Source: an uncultured bacterium (GTDB taxonomy: Bacteria > Acidobacteriota > HRBIN11 > JAKEFK01). Taken from it: DNA of 64,000 nt. The notes below the pieces were generated by a model that saw only the letters and a list, made by a program, of their open reading frames with translations, ran no database searches and was not told where the DNA came from. The stretch is taken from assembly GCA_963777505.1 (NCBI GenBank), contig CAVZQN010000006.1, forward strand, positions 256,001 through 320,000, given 5' to 3'. Below are positions 40,587 through 50,761 of the stretch, in pieces (the first letter of the stretch is position 1; every line of letters starts with the position of its first letter). The position numbers were made by a program, and so were the translations under genes.

Positions 40587-42497
40587 TTAGGTTTGCTTTG
40601 GGTTGACGGCGTCTTCGTTAATCCAAATTTCTTTTTCGTATTTCTTGCGCAACATCGCTCGATAACCCTGCAAAAATGTATTTTGTTTCGTTGAAATTAA
40701 TTGATCCCTGACTCCATTCTTATCTTTTGCATATTCGGCAGGATTAAATTCCTTCTTTTCCTTCAATTGAAATACGACCACATCCTTTCCCGCTTTCATC
40801 GGCTGACTGATTTCGCCAGGCTTCATCGAAAAAGCTTTCTCATTGACTTCTTTCGCTTGACCAAGATCGCTGATGTAACCTTCTTTCGTAAATTCATCGC
40901 TTGTTTTCAGCGAAAGATTTGCTTTTTCAGCAGCAGCTTTCAAATCGGTTGAAGCTCCAACGCTTTCAAAGAACTTGCGTGCTTCTTCAGTGGCTATCTC
41001 AGTAGCTTTCAATTCTTTATACTTCTCAGTCACCTTGGCTTGCACTTTTTCGAACGGATCAATTTGAGTTGACCGCGTATCCTGTAATTGAATGATTGCA
41101 AGATCCTGAAAGACATTCACTGGTTCACTGATGTCCCCTTTCTTTAACTCGAACGCTTTATTTCTGAAAGCCGGACTTAACCCTGGAATGTCTTGATCGA
41201 TTGAAAAGAAATCAGTTGTTTTCAATTCAACGAGCTGTATCTTTGCGATCTCCGCCAGTGATTTTTTGTTCTTGGTAATTTCTTCATGAAGTTTCTTGGC
41301 CTGTTCTTGCGCATTTTTGATCGCTTGCGGCTGAGACAATTCACGATAGATTTGGTCCTTTACAAGCGCAAAATCCATTTGATATGCAGGTTGTTTACCG
41401 AGTGTTTGAATAATGTGATATCCGAATTGCGTTTTTACAGGATCGCTAATTTGATTTGGCTGAAGGGTGAATGCAGCTTTTTCGAACTCAGCTACCATAC
41501 TTCCACGGCCAAAAAATCCGAGGTCACCGCCCTTCTCTTTTGAGCCGGGATCATCCGAATATTCCGCGGCAAGTGCTGCAAAATCAGCCCCTCCACGAAG
41601 TTTTGTAACAAGCTCTTGTGCTTGTTGTAATACTGCAGCTTCATCTTTTCCTTCTGTTTTCAACAGAATATGACGTGCTTTCACTTGTTCAGGTTTGGAA
41701 AACCGAGCTTTGTTTTGATCGTAAAATTCTCGGAGCTTTGGTTCTGATATCTGAACTTTGTTCTTTTCAGACTGATGAGAGATCCACAGATATTGAACTT
41801 TTCTCTGCTCACCCGTTTGAAAATCATTTTTGTGCGAGTCGTAATAGGCACGAAGTTCTTCCGTTGTAGGCTGCACATCTTTCAACTTCGGAGCTACTTC
41901 AAATTTAACAAAATCGATTTTGGCGGTCAGATTCTGTTTGCGATATTGATCTTCAATTTCTTTTTCGCTGACCAGCATGCCTGCAGTCAGTACTTCATAG
42001 AATTTTGAGACCATGATATCTTCCTGAACCGCGTTTTCAAATGATTTCACATCCATACGAAACGCAGCATCAACGATCCGTTCATATTCCTGCATTCCAA
42101 CGAATTGTCCATTTCGTTTCAGGAATTCATATTGCATGATTTGCTTTGATGCTTCTTCATCACTTACCGTAATTCCAGCTTTTTTAGCTTCGCGAAGCAT
42201 TAATTCCTGATCGACCAGTCCTTGTATTGCCTGCTGCCGAAAGAAAGCGAGAATCTGAGGACTGACTTCACCGCCACCCTGACTGTACATCTGTTCTTGC
42301 TGACGGCGAATGTTTTGATACGCATTCTGAAATTCAATAAGGCTGATTTTTTCTTTACCAACTGAAGCCATGTGCAGGGAAGGATTGTTTTGGTTCATGT
42401 CTGCAAAATTGCCTGCATAAAACGCAATGAAGACAATGACAACAGTCCACAACACAATTTTGATTAAAGTTTTTCGGGAACGAATGCTATCTAACAT
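40587..42497 (-). CDS. PpiD/SurA-like membrane-anchored peptidyl-prolyl isomerase
   Basis: N-terminal TM, SurA_N region, VKARHILL...[20 protein letters not shown]...[11 protein letters not shown]. Confidence 0.9.
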   Translation of the reverse strand: MLDSIRSRKTLIKIVLWTVVIVFIAFYAGNFADMNQNNPSLHMASVGKEKISLIEFQNAYQNIRRQQEQMYSQGGGEVSPQILAFFRQQAIQGLVDQELMLREAKKAGITVSDEEASKQIMQYEFLKRNGQFVGMQEYERIVDAAFRMDVKSFENAVQEDIMVSKFYEVLTAGMLVSEKEIEDQYRKQNLTAKIDFVKFEVAPKLKDVQPTTEELRAYYDSHKNDFQTGEQRKVQYLWISHQSEKNKVQISEPKLREFYDQNKARFSKPEQVKARHILLKTEGKDEAAVLQQAQELVTKLRGGADFAALAAEYSDDPGSKEKGGDLGFFGRGSMVAEFEKAAFTLQPNQISDPVKTQFGYHIIQTLGKQPAYQMDFALVKDQIYRELSQPQAIKNAQEQAKKLHEEITKNKKSLAEIAKIQLVELKTTDFFSIDQDIPGLSPAFRNKAFELKKGDISEPVNVFQDLAIIQLQDTRSTQIDPFEKVQAKVTEKYKELKATEIATEEARKFFESVGASTDLKAAAEKANLSLKTSDEFTKEGYISDLGQAKEVNEKAFSMKPGEISQPMKAGKDVVVFQLKEKKEFNPAEYAKDKNGVRDQLISTKQNTFLQGYRAMLRKKYEKEIWINEDAVNPKQT

Positions 42498-42528
42498 ACA
42501 ATCTTCCTAAGCTCCAATTTATTTTCTA

Positions 42529-44079
42529 TTACAACCGGGTCAGCTCAATTTTCCCATCATGAAATATTGAGTGGCATCCATTCCATTCGGGATTTCTTGA
42601 AGGATAATCCTCGCGGAAGTGTGAACCGCGGCTTTCTCGCCGTTGCAGGGCAAATGAACCCATTAATTTAGAACAATCTACAAGATTTAGCAATTCCAAT
42701 TCTTCGACGGATGTTGGATCAAATTGCGGGATATCTTCCATGAAATCAAGCGCATTTTTGATCCCTGATTCGGTCCGAAGCAATCCAAGGTGCTTCCAAT
42801 TTACTGATTGCAGTCGGGTTCTTAGCTGATCCGCATTCGCGCGTAAATATCCAACGGTCAAAGGATCGTGCTCATACGATTGAGGCACTGTAAATGATTG
42901 TTCAATCATGTTTGAACCGGCTCGCGCGCCGTAAACCAATCCTTCAAGCAACGAATTACTTGCAAGCCGATTTGCGCCATGGACTCCGTTACACGCGACT
43001 TCACCGGCTGCATATAAGCCTGGAATCGATGTTTCACCAACCAGACCTGTACGAACACCTCCCATCCAGTAATGTGCACTTGGGCTTACTGGAATCATGT
43101 CCTGAGCAAGGTCCAGTTCATAATTTTGCAAAAATTGCTGAATGTTTGGAAAGCGATGATTCAATTTTTTTCTTCCGATGCTGGTCGCGTCCAAATAAAC
43201 CCAGGATCCACCTGCTGAAAACATTTCACTTACGATTGCGCGGCTTACGATATCGCGAGGAGCAAGATCGGCAAGTGGATGATACTTTTTCATAAACGTT
43301 TTCCCTTCAGCATTTTTAAGCACCGCTCCTTCACCGCGTAAAGCTTCAGTCAGTAAAAATCGCGGCGCGCCGGCCTGGTGAAACGCTGTCGGATGAAATT
43401 GGAAAAATTCAAAGTCCATCATTTCGGCGCCAGCTCGAAGCGCCATTGCGGTGCCGTCACCGGTTGCTGCCGGAGGATTCGTAGTGTGACTATAAATCTG
43501 ACCCGCCCCTCCTGTTGCAAGTAAAACGGAACGTGCAAGCGAAATACTTTTTTCTCCTGTGTTCTGATCCATCAGTATTACGCCACAGGAAGTACCATTC
43601 TGAATAATCAAATCCATAGCGGGCTTATGTGAAATGATTTCAATGCCTGAAGTTTGGCGAACCCAGTTTAATAGTGCGCGGACAATCTCTTTTCCTGTTG
43701 CATCTCCGGCATGAAGAATTCGATTTTGTGAATGAGCTCCTTCGCGGCCGAAAACAAATCTTCCCTCAGATTGATCGAATTGAGCGCCCCAATTCACAAG
43801 CTCTTCAATTCGTTCCGGACCTTCTTCAACAAGTACCCGGACTGCCGGCTCGTAACTAAGTTCATCTCCTGCATTCAACGTATCCTGTAAATGGAATTCG
43901 ACAGTATCTCCTTCTTGCATCGCTGCAGCGATACCGCCCTGAGCCCATTGAGTATTGCTTTGCCACGGCTCTCCTTTGCAGAAAACTTTTACTGAACCAC
44001 TCTTTACAAGTTCGAGTGACGCTCGCAAACCTGCGATGCCAGAGCCAACTACAATGTAATCGCAACGATCAATCTTCAT
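42529..44079 (-). CDS. nadB: L-aspartate oxidase
   Basis: VVGSGIAGL, WAQGGIAA, REGAHS, QFHPT, EALRGEG, APRDIV, GVHGANRLASNSLLE, ESRGSHFR. Confidence 0.93.
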   Translation of the reverse strand: MKIDRCDYIVVGSGIAGLRASLELVKSGSVKVFCKGEPWQSNTQWAQGGIAAAMQEGDTVEFHLQDTLNAGDELSYEPAVRVLVEEGPERIEELVNWGAQFDQSEGRFVFGREGAHSQNRILHAGDATGKEIVRALLNWVRQTSGIEIISHKPAMDLIIQNGTSCGVILMDQNTGEKSISLARSVLLATGGAGQIYSHTTNPPAATGDGTAMALRAGAEMMDFEFFQFHPTAFHQAGAPRFLLTEALRGEGAVLKNAEGKTFMKKYHPLADLAPRDIVSRAIVSEMFSAGGSWVYLDATSIGRKKLNHRFPNIQQFLQNYELDLAQDMIPVSPSAHYWMGGVRTGLVGETSIPGLYAAGEVACNGVHGANRLASNSLLEGLVYGARAGSNMIEQSFTVPQSYEHDPLTVGYLRANADQLRTRLQSVNWKHLGLLRTESGIKNALDFMEDIPQFDPTSVEELELLNLVDCSKLMGSFALQRRESRGSHFREDYPSRNPEWNGCHSIFHDGKIELTRL

Positions 44080-44080
44080 A

Positions 44081-44160
44081 AAATCAAAAATTAAAAATAA
44101 AAAATCAAAAATAGAGAAAATATCTCAGTTTTTTATTTTTGATCTTTAATTTTTTATTTT
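44081..44160. repeat. AT-rich heptamer tandem arrays in inverted orientation (AAATCAA/AAATTAA ... TTTTGAT/TTTTTAT)
   Basis: Fills the intergenic space up to the nadB start codon. Confidence 0.75.
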
Positions 44161-44164
44161 AAGT

Positions 44165-44905
44165 CTATACGCCCATTGAAAGTCGATTCGCAAGTGATTG
44201 TGGAAGTCCTGCGCGCAAAATTTTTCCTTGCGTTCTGGGAACAGAATATTCCACTCTCTTAAATGTAATCGTTCTTCGTTCGGAATCGTACATCGCAAAG
44301 CTTGCGAGAGGATTTTTGTCGCGAGGCTGGCCGACTGAGCCTGGATTGATCAGGTATTTGAAACCATTAACGAGTTCAACTTTGACTCTTTCAGAATTTG
44401 GGCGGAAAGTGTAAAGACGTTGATTGCTGACAGCGTAAATTACAGGCAGATGTGTATGGCCGAAAAAACAGATTCTGAAATCCATTACTTGAAAAACTTC
44501 ATACGCATCGTAATCGCTAAAGATATAAGCATCTTCATCAATTGGCGTTCCATGTGAAACCATAATTTCGCCATCTACCATCAATGGACCTTGAGGAAGT
44601 CGAATCAGATAAGCACGGTTGTCTGCTGTGAGCTTTTTCTGGGTCCACAATGCAGAAGTCATTGCCGCTTTATTGAAATTCTCACCCGATTCAAGACCTG
44701 AAGCCACTTTGTCATGATTGCCTCGAATGACAACAGCAGGTTTCAACTTTCGAATGATATTGATGATCTGATTTGGATTTGCGCCGTAGCCAACAAGATC
44801 CCCAAGAACGAGAATACGATCGAACTTTTTTCTTTTGACTGTGGCCAGCACTGCAGAAAGTGCTTCCAGATTCGAATGGATGTCACTTAGGATCAAATAT
44901 TTCAT
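44165..44905 (-). CDS. Metallophosphoesterase (calcineurin-like)
   Basis: SDIHSN, GDLVGYG, RGNHD, GHTH, INPGSVGQPRD. Confidence 0.93.
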   Translation of the reverse strand: MKYLILSDIHSNLEALSAVLATVKRKKFDRILVLGDLVGYGANPNQIINIIRKLKPAVVIRGNHDKVASGLESGENFNKAAMTSALWTQKKLTADNRAYLIRLPQGPLMVDGEIMVSHGTPIDEDAYIFSDYDAYEVFQVMDFRICFFGHTHLPVIYAVSNQRLYTFRPNSERVKVELVNGFKYLINPGSVGQPRDKNPLASFAMYDSERRTITFKRVEYSVPRTQGKILRAGLPQSLANRLSMGV

Positions 44906-44973
44906 ATCATCTGGGTTTAGGCCTTGGGGGGAAGGTCACTATACCAAAACGCATTCTCATAATCAAACAAGAT

Positions 44974-45060
44974 TTCAACACAAAGTCACCAAGACACAAG
45001 GTAACACTAAAAAAGATTAAAATTAAATTGTTTTTAGTGCCTTTGTGTCTTCGGGTTGAA
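44974..45060. repeat. Full doublet of the dispersed AACCRCAAAGACRCAAAG-family repeat
   Basis: TTCAAC..AAGACACAAGG..CACTAAAAA / TTTTTAGTGCCTTTGTGTCTTCGGGTTGAA inverted arms; many half-copies elsewhere in the window. Confidence 0.75.
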
Positions 45061-45101
45061 AATTCCTCTCGCTATTTCACATGATACAATGTGCAAACGA
45101 C

Positions 45102-45602
45102 ATGAAAAGGGTTGCAGTCTATCCTGGTACGTTCGATCCGATTACAAATGGTCACATCGATCTAATCAAGCGCGCTTTGGGATTTGTTGATGAATTAATT
45201 ATCGCAATTCTCATCAATTCTGAAAAAAAACCGCTTTTCTCAGTGAAGGAACGGATCGGATTGATGAAGAATGTTTTGCCTCAAAGCAAAAGAATTCGTA
45301 TCGATCAATTTGATGGGCTTCTTGTAGATTATGCGAGCAAAGCTGGTGCACAAATTATTTTGCGAGGCCTTCGAGCCGTTAGCGATTTTGATTATGAATT
45401 TCAGATGGCTTTAATGAACCGCAGATTAGAGCCGCAGATTGAAACAGTTTTTCTGGTGCCTGCAGAACAATATACATACGTTAGTTCGAAGCTTGTTAAA
45501 GAAATTACTGCCCTGGGAGGAGCTGTTACTGGATTAGTTCCACCTGAGGTAGAAAAAAGAATGAAAGAAAAATTTCATCGGATGAAAGGGACAAAAGTAT
45601 GA
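45102..45602 (+). CDS. coaD: Phosphopantetheine adenylyltransferase
   Basis: YPGTFDPITNGH, RGLRAVSDFDYEFQMALMNR, SSKLVKE. Confidence 0.97.
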   Translation: MKRVAVYPGTFDPITNGHIDLIKRALGFVDELIIAILINSEKKPLFSVKERIGLMKNVLPQSKRIRIDQFDGLLVDYASKAGAQIILRGLRAVSDFDYEFQMALMNRRLEPQIETVFLVPAEQYTYVSSKLVKEITALGGAVTGLVPPEVEKRMKEKFHRMKGTKV

Positions 45603-46774
45603 AACTTGCTGGACGCATTCAAAAAATTACAGAATCACCAACAATTGCAATGAGTTCTCGCGCTGCAGCGATGAAAGCATCGGGGATTGATGTGATCGAT
45701 TTCAGTGCAGGAGAACCCGATTTCGCGACGCCCGAAAATGTGAAAGCTCAAGGTATTGAAGCGATCCACTCCAATTTCACAAAATACACTCCGACAGCTG
45801 GAATTAAGAAATTACGTGAAGGTGTCGCCGCGCGTTTTCAAAAAAAATATGATCAAACATTTGGCGCGGAAGAGGTGATTCTTACCAACGGTGGCAAACA
45901 AGCCCTCTACAATTTGATGTGTTGTCTCGTACAAGAAGGCGATGAAGTTCTAATCCCTGAACCATACTGGGTAACGTTTCCGGATCAGGTGCGGCTTGCT
46001 GGCGGGAATCCGGTTTTTGTACCTACCAGGCAGGAAGAACAATTCCTCATCAAGCCTGAAGAAATCGAAAAGCGGATTACATCAAACACTCGAGTGTTGA
46101 TCTTGAACAGCCCGAATAATCCTTCTGGTGCTGTTATTCCACGCGGCACAATGGAAGAAATCGTAGATTTATGTTCACGGAAGAATCTCGCACTCGTTTT
46201 TGATGAATGTTATGACTGCTTTGTATTTCCTCCGCACAAACATACTTCGCCGTTTGAATTTTCTAAAGCACGCGAATTTACTTTCGTTGTCAATACTTTT
46301 TCAAAAGTGTATGCAATGACTGGCTGGCGACTTGGCTTTGCAATCGGTCCTAAAGATGTCATTTCTGCATGCGATAAATTGCAAAGTCATACAACTTCAA
46401 ATCCCTCCTCAATCAGTCAATGGGCTGGAGTTGAAGCTTTAAGTGGTGATCAAAGTTCTGTGCAGACGATGTATGAGGAATATTTACGCCGCCGTGAATT
46501 TATTATGAACGCTGTTTCGGCAATGCCGGGTGTTCATTGCAATGAACCAATGGGAGCTTTTTATCTCTTTCCAAATATTAAATCGCATCTTGGGAGAGAG
46601 ATTCCGGATTCCATTGCGTTTTGCAAAATCCTGTTGGAAGAGTCTCATGTCGGTACGGTACCAGGGTCCGCATTTGGAGTTGAAGGCCACTTTAGGATTT
46701 CTTATGCGACCTCTATGGAAAATCTCAAAGAAGGTTGTAAACGGATTCACGAATTCTTAAAAAATAGATTGTAG
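45599..46774 (+). CDS. PLP-dependent class I/II (aspartate) aminotransferase
   Basis: AGEPDF, NSPNNPSG, DECY, SKVYAMTGWRLG. Confidence 0.93.
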   Translation: MKLAGRIQKITESPTIAMSSRAAAMKASGIDVIDFSAGEPDFATPENVKAQGIEAIHSNFTKYTPTAGIKKLREGVAARFQKKYDQTFGAEEVILTNGGKQALYNLMCCLVQEGDEVLIPEPYWVTFPDQVRLAGGNPVFVPTRQEEQFLIKPEEIEKRITSNTRVLILNSPNNPSGAVIPRGTMEEIVDLCSRKNLALVFDECYDCFVFPPHKHTSPFEFSKAREFTFVVNTFSKVYAMTGWRLGFAIGPKDVISACDKLQSHTTSNPSSISQWAGVEALSGDQSSVQTMYEEYLRRREFIMNAVSAMPGVHCNEPMGAFYLFPNIKSHLGREIPDSIAFCKILLEESHVGTVPGSAFGVEGHFRISYATSMENLKEGCKRIHEFLKNRL

Positions 46775-46780
46775 TATTTC

Positions 46781-46879
46781 AAGGCCCGGCTCTGCGGCGA
46801 TGGAGTGCGAGAGCCGGGCCTTATCGTTCTAATTCTAGAGGCCCGGCCCCCGCTCCCCGCATCCGCGGGGCCAGGCCTC
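46781..46879. repeat. GC-rich palindromic doublet (two related 42-bp hairpins in inverted orientation)
   Basis: 46781-46822 aligns without gaps to the reverse complement of 46838-46879; each has an AGGCCCGG...CC(G/A)GGCCT stem. Confidence 0.7.
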
Positions 46880-46906
46880 AACAAGGCAGGACGCCGTACG
46901 GCACAT

Positions 46907-47644
46907 ATGTCCATCAAAGGTTTTTTTGTAGGAATATTCAAATTTTTTGCTCACGTAGTTGCGCTTATTTTAGTGGGCGCGCTGAGCACATTTATTACAT
47001 TGCGCTGGTTTACTACGGGTGACGAAGTTGTTGTCCCCGATCTCACGGGAAAAGCGCCGGTTGAAGCAATCCGTACTTTAGGTGCCGAAGGTCTTCAACT
47101 GAAAATTCTTCCCCAGAAACGGTATAGCAAAGAAATTCCAGCTGATCACATCATTACGCAGGAACCACTGGCTCATACAAGAATTAAGTCAGGACGCAGT
47201 GTTGAAGTTTATATGAGTCTTGGACCTGAAAAAATTATTATTCCGGATCTAGCCGGGCAAACCACTCGTGTAGCCATGATGACACTTGAGCAATATAAAC
47301 TCTCGACAGGAAAAATCGTCTATGTTTCCGCACCGGGGGCTGAATCCGATCAAGTTCTTGCTCAGTTTCCACTCGCAGGAACTGTTGTGACGGATGTCCG
47401 TACTGTCAGTATCCTTGCTAACAGTAGTTTGTATGTGAATCCAAAGGCTTTTGTGATGCCTGATGTTATCGGTCAGCCTTTTGATGATGTAAGTGAGTTC
47501 TTCAAAACGGCCGGCCTTCGAGTCAGCACTGCACAAGCGATTGACTATCCTGGAATTGCTCACGGAACTGTGGTTAAACAATCGCCGCCGGCTGGATATA
47601 AAGTCAGCGCAAATACCCCAATCAGTTTATACTTTAGCAAGTAA
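46907..47644 (+). CDS. PASTA-domain membrane protein (3 repeats)
   Basis: N-terminal TM; VVPDLTG, IIPDLAG, VMPDVIG repeats; lies upstream of rpe. Confidence 0.88.
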   Translation: MSIKGFFVGIFKFFAHVVALILVGALSTFITLRWFTTGDEVVVPDLTGKAPVEAIRTLGAEGLQLKILPQKRYSKEIPADHIITQEPLAHTRIKSGRSVEVYMSLGPEKIIIPDLAGQTTRVAMMTLEQYKLSTGKIVYVSAPGAESDQVLAQFPLAGTVVTDVRTVSILANSSLYVNPKAFVMPDVIGQPFDDVSEFFKTAGLRVSTAQAIDYPGIAHGTVVKQSPPAGYKVSANTPISLYFSK

Positions 47645-47691
47645 ACCGGAGAGAGATGACTTAGCGTCTTTGTGGTAAACAATAAATACAG

Positions 47692-48363
47692 ATGGATAAA
47701 CGAATAGCACCTTCAATACTATCGGCTGATTTTGCCAGATTAGCAGATCAAATTTCGATGGTTGAATCCGCAGGGGCTGACATGATTCACGTGGATGTAA
47801 TGGATGGACATTTTGTACCCAACATTACAATCGGTCCTGTTGTTGTGGAATGGATCCGAAAAGTAACATCACTTCCACTGGATGTTCATTTGATGATTGA
47901 AAATGCAGATGCGTATATCGAGTCATTTGCAAAGTCTGGCGCAAATTTGATCAGTGTGCATTTTGAAGCATGCACTCATTTGAATCGCACACTTCAACTA
48001 ATCCATTCTTTTTCTTGCAAAGCAGGCGTCGTGTTGAATCCGAGTAGTCCAGTGGAATGGCTGACCGATGCGATTTCAGATGTTGATTTCGTCCTTTTGA
48101 TGAGTGTTAATCCTGGTTTTGGCGGACAAAAATTCTTGCCACGAGTCCTTCGCAAAGTTCAATACCTTCGATCGATGCGCAGCGATCTCGGACAGAGGTT
48201 TGCGATCGAGATTGATGGAGGAATTGGATTAAACAATTTACAGCAAACATTTGATGCTGGTGCTGAATGGATTGTAGCGGGATCTGCCATTTTTCAAAGT
48301 CCGGATCCTAAAGAAACAGTCCGGAAAATGAAACAAATGGCTCAGGAGTCCCAGATCGCTTGA
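47692..48363 (+). CDS. rpe: Ribulose-phosphate 3-epimerase
   Basis: IAPSILSADF, HVDVMDGHFVPN, DVHLM, MSVNPGFGGQ, IDGG. Confidence 0.97.
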   Translation: MDKRIAPSILSADFARLADQISMVESAGADMIHVDVMDGHFVPNITIGPVVVEWIRKVTSLPLDVHLMIENADAYIESFAKSGANLISVHFEACTHLNRTLQLIHSFSCKAGVVLNPSSPVEWLTDAISDVDFVLLMSVNPGFGGQKFLPRVLRKVQYLRSMRSDLGQRFAIEIDGGIGLNNLQQTFDAGAEWIVAGSAIFQSPDPKETVRKMKQMAQESQIA

Positions 48364-48755
48364 AAACCCGCTCCAAAATTCGCGTACGTTATGCAGAAAC
48401 CGATCAAATGGGTGTCGTCTATCACAGCAATTTCCTGGTTTACTTTGAGGTGGGTAGGACCGATTATTTCCGGGAGTTCGGTTTTACATATCTTGATCTT
48501 GAAAAAGATGGTGTATTTATGCCCGTGACTGAATCTTTTTGTCAGTATGATCGGTCAGCATTTTATGATGATGTTCTTGAAATCGTCACTATGCTGGAAA
48601 TGGTTTCGCGTCTTAAATTGAAATTTACTTATGAAGTCATTAGAAATGATTCCGAAAAAATTGCCACCGGCTACACAATGCATGTCCCGGTGAATTCTGC
48701 AGGAAAACCGTGTAAAATACCTCCCGCTTATCTATCCGCTTTTCAAAAACAATGA
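48360..48755 (+). CDS. YbgC/4HBT-family acyl-CoA thioesterase
   Basis: RVRYAETDQMGVVYHSNF..YFEVGR. Confidence 0.92.
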   Translation: MKTRSKIRVRYAETDQMGVVYHSNFLVYFEVGRTDYFREFGFTYLDLEKDGVFMPVTESFCQYDRSAFYDDVLEIVTMLEMVSRLKLKFTYEVIRNDSEKIATGYTMHVPVNSAGKPCKIPPAYLSAFQKQ

Positions 48756-49717
48756 ATATCATCGTTACCGGTGCTGCCGGTTTTATAGGTTCACATCTCT
48801 GCCAACGGCTTGTATCTCAAGGATACAGGGTCACAGGAATTGATTCATTTCTTGATTACTATCCCCGTTGGATAAAAGAAATGAATATAGCTGATTTGAA
48901 AAACAATTCTTCATTCAAGTTTATTGAAAATAATATTCTTGAATTGGATTGGAATTCTCTCCTCGAAGATGTCGATATTGTCATTCACCTGGCGGCACAG
49001 GCAGGGGTTCGAGCTAGTTGGGGGAAGAGTTTTCTTATTTATACAAAAAATAATATCGAGGCGACGCAATTGATACTTGAAGCGTCTAAAGAAAAGAAGC
49101 TGAAGAAACTTGTCTTTGCTTCGACCTCTTCCATCTATGGTGATACCGATGAAATACCAATGAAAGAAAGCTCTGTTGTGAAACCGGTTTCACCCTATGG
49201 TGTGACGAAACTGGCCGCGGAAGGTCTGTGTAATCTATATTGGAAAAATTACGGAGTGCCTTGCGTTTCCCTTCGCTACTTCACAGTATATGGACCCAGG
49301 CAGCGTCCGGATATGGCATTTTATCGTTTTATTCTTGCCTTATTTGAGAACCGCGAAATCACAATTTTTGAGGATGGAAATCAAACGAGGGATTTCACTT
49401 TTGTCGACGACATAATTACAGGAACTGAGCTTGCTGCAACAAAGGGTATCAATGGCCGCATATATAATCTTGGCGGAGGCAGCAGAATTAGTGTGAATGA
49501 AGCGATCGCAATGTTACAGGAAATTTCAGGCAAGGAATTAAAAGTGAATTACGCTGAAAAACAAAAAGGAGATATGCGTCATACATTTGCTTCCACAGAA
49601 CTAGCACAACAAGATTTGGGTTATTCACCACAAATCAAACTCAATGAAGGGTTGACACAGGAATATCGCTGGCTTGAAGATCTCTACCGAAGAGGTTTAA
49701 CTTACCGTGCGAACTGA
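48752..49717 (+). CDS. NAD-dependent nucleotide-sugar epimerase/dehydratase
   Basis: VTGAAGFIGSH, HLAAQAGVR, SPYGVTK, FTVYGPRQRPDMA. Confidence 0.93.
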   Translation: MNIIVTGAAGFIGSHLCQRLVSQGYRVTGIDSFLDYYPRWIKEMNIADLKNNSSFKFIENNILELDWNSLLEDVDIVIHLAAQAGVRASWGKSFLIYTKNNIEATQLILEASKEKKLKKLVFASTSSIYGDTDEIPMKESSVVKPVSPYGVTKLAAEGLCNLYWKNYGVPCVSLRYFTVYGPRQRPDMAFYRFILALFENREITIFEDGNQTRDFTFVDDIITGTELAATKGINGRIYNLGGGSRISVNEAIAMLQEISGKELKVNYAEKQKGDMRHTFASTELAQQDLGYSPQIKLNEGLTQEYRWLEDLYRRGLTYRAN

Positions 49718-49747
49718 ACACAAAATCGGAGGCTGTAAAACAGCATC

Positions 49748-50572
49748 ATGAAATTGAAATACTGGGTAGCAATAGCCGCAATGTTGTGTGTCGTGGCTTG
49801 CGGGAAAAAAAAGGCGGATGTGGATCTACTCCAGCAAAGCGACAAAGTATTATATGAACTTGGAACCGTTAATTTGGAAAGCGAAGATTATGACAAAGCT
49901 CGCACTGCATTCAAGGCTGTATTCGATAACTTTCCTAAGAGCGAATATCGCATTCTTGCAAAATTAGGCTATGCCGAGAGTTTCTACAAAGACGGTGGCG
50001 ACGGAAACTGGATCCTTGCAATTTCGGAATATCAAGATTTTATTGCGCAATTTCCATTCAGTCCCAAAGCGGCATACGCACAATATCAAATTGGCGCTTG
50101 TTATTATCAGATGATGGAAAAACCAGATCGTGATCAAACGAATACACGTAAAGCGTTAGATGAATTTCGAAAAGTGATTGACGGTTATCCAACCGGTGAA
50201 TATTACAAATCTGCGTACGATCGATTATTAGAATGTTACGCGCATCTTGCTGAACATGAATACATCATTGCGCGTTATTACAATCGCACAGGAAGACACA
50301 TTGCAGCAGTGGACCGTTTAAAAGAATTACTAAAAGACTATCCTGAGACTGTTCACCTTGCTGAGCACTATTTCTTTCTTGCACAATCTCTCGAAGAACT
50401 TGATCAGACATCGGAAAGTTGTGTTTATTACAGTAAAGTTGTTGAAAAATGGCCTAACTCTGAACTTTTTCAGGATGCGAGAGATGGTGCAGTTAGAGTT
50501 TGTGATACAGCTCCCCAAACACAGCCAGCAGTTCAAACCCAACCTTCAACTCAAAGTCAACCATCGGAATAA
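49748..50572 (+). CDS. bamD: Outer-membrane assembly lipoprotein BamD
   Basis: Lipobox VVAC, TPRs, PDRDQTNT, LAEHEYIIARYY. Confidence 0.9.
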   Translation: MKLKYWVAIAAMLCVVACGKKKADVDLLQQSDKVLYELGTVNLESEDYDKARTAFKAVFDNFPKSEYRILAKLGYAESFYKDGGDGNWILAISEYQDFIAQFPFSPKAAYAQYQIGACYYQMMEKPDRDQTNTRKALDEFRKVIDGYPTGEYYKSAYDRLLECYAHLAEHEYIIARYYNRTGRHIAAVDRLKELLKDYPETVHLAEHYFFLAQSLEELDQTSESCVYYSKVVEKWPNSELFQDARDGAVRVCDTAPQTQPAVQTQPSTQSQPSE

Positions 50573-50761
50573 AAACTGAATTATCGATACTTGATGTCGT
50601 TTTAGTACCATGCATTGAGCAGTCAGCATCGAGAACTGCTACAAACATCGCTTGACAAGTGTAATACTCCTTGTGATAGTGTTTATGGGGAACGACCCTA
50701 AAATTTCATCGAGGTTCGTCCAATAACAAAACGCATCTTACAGACAAGGGAGAGCGGAAAA

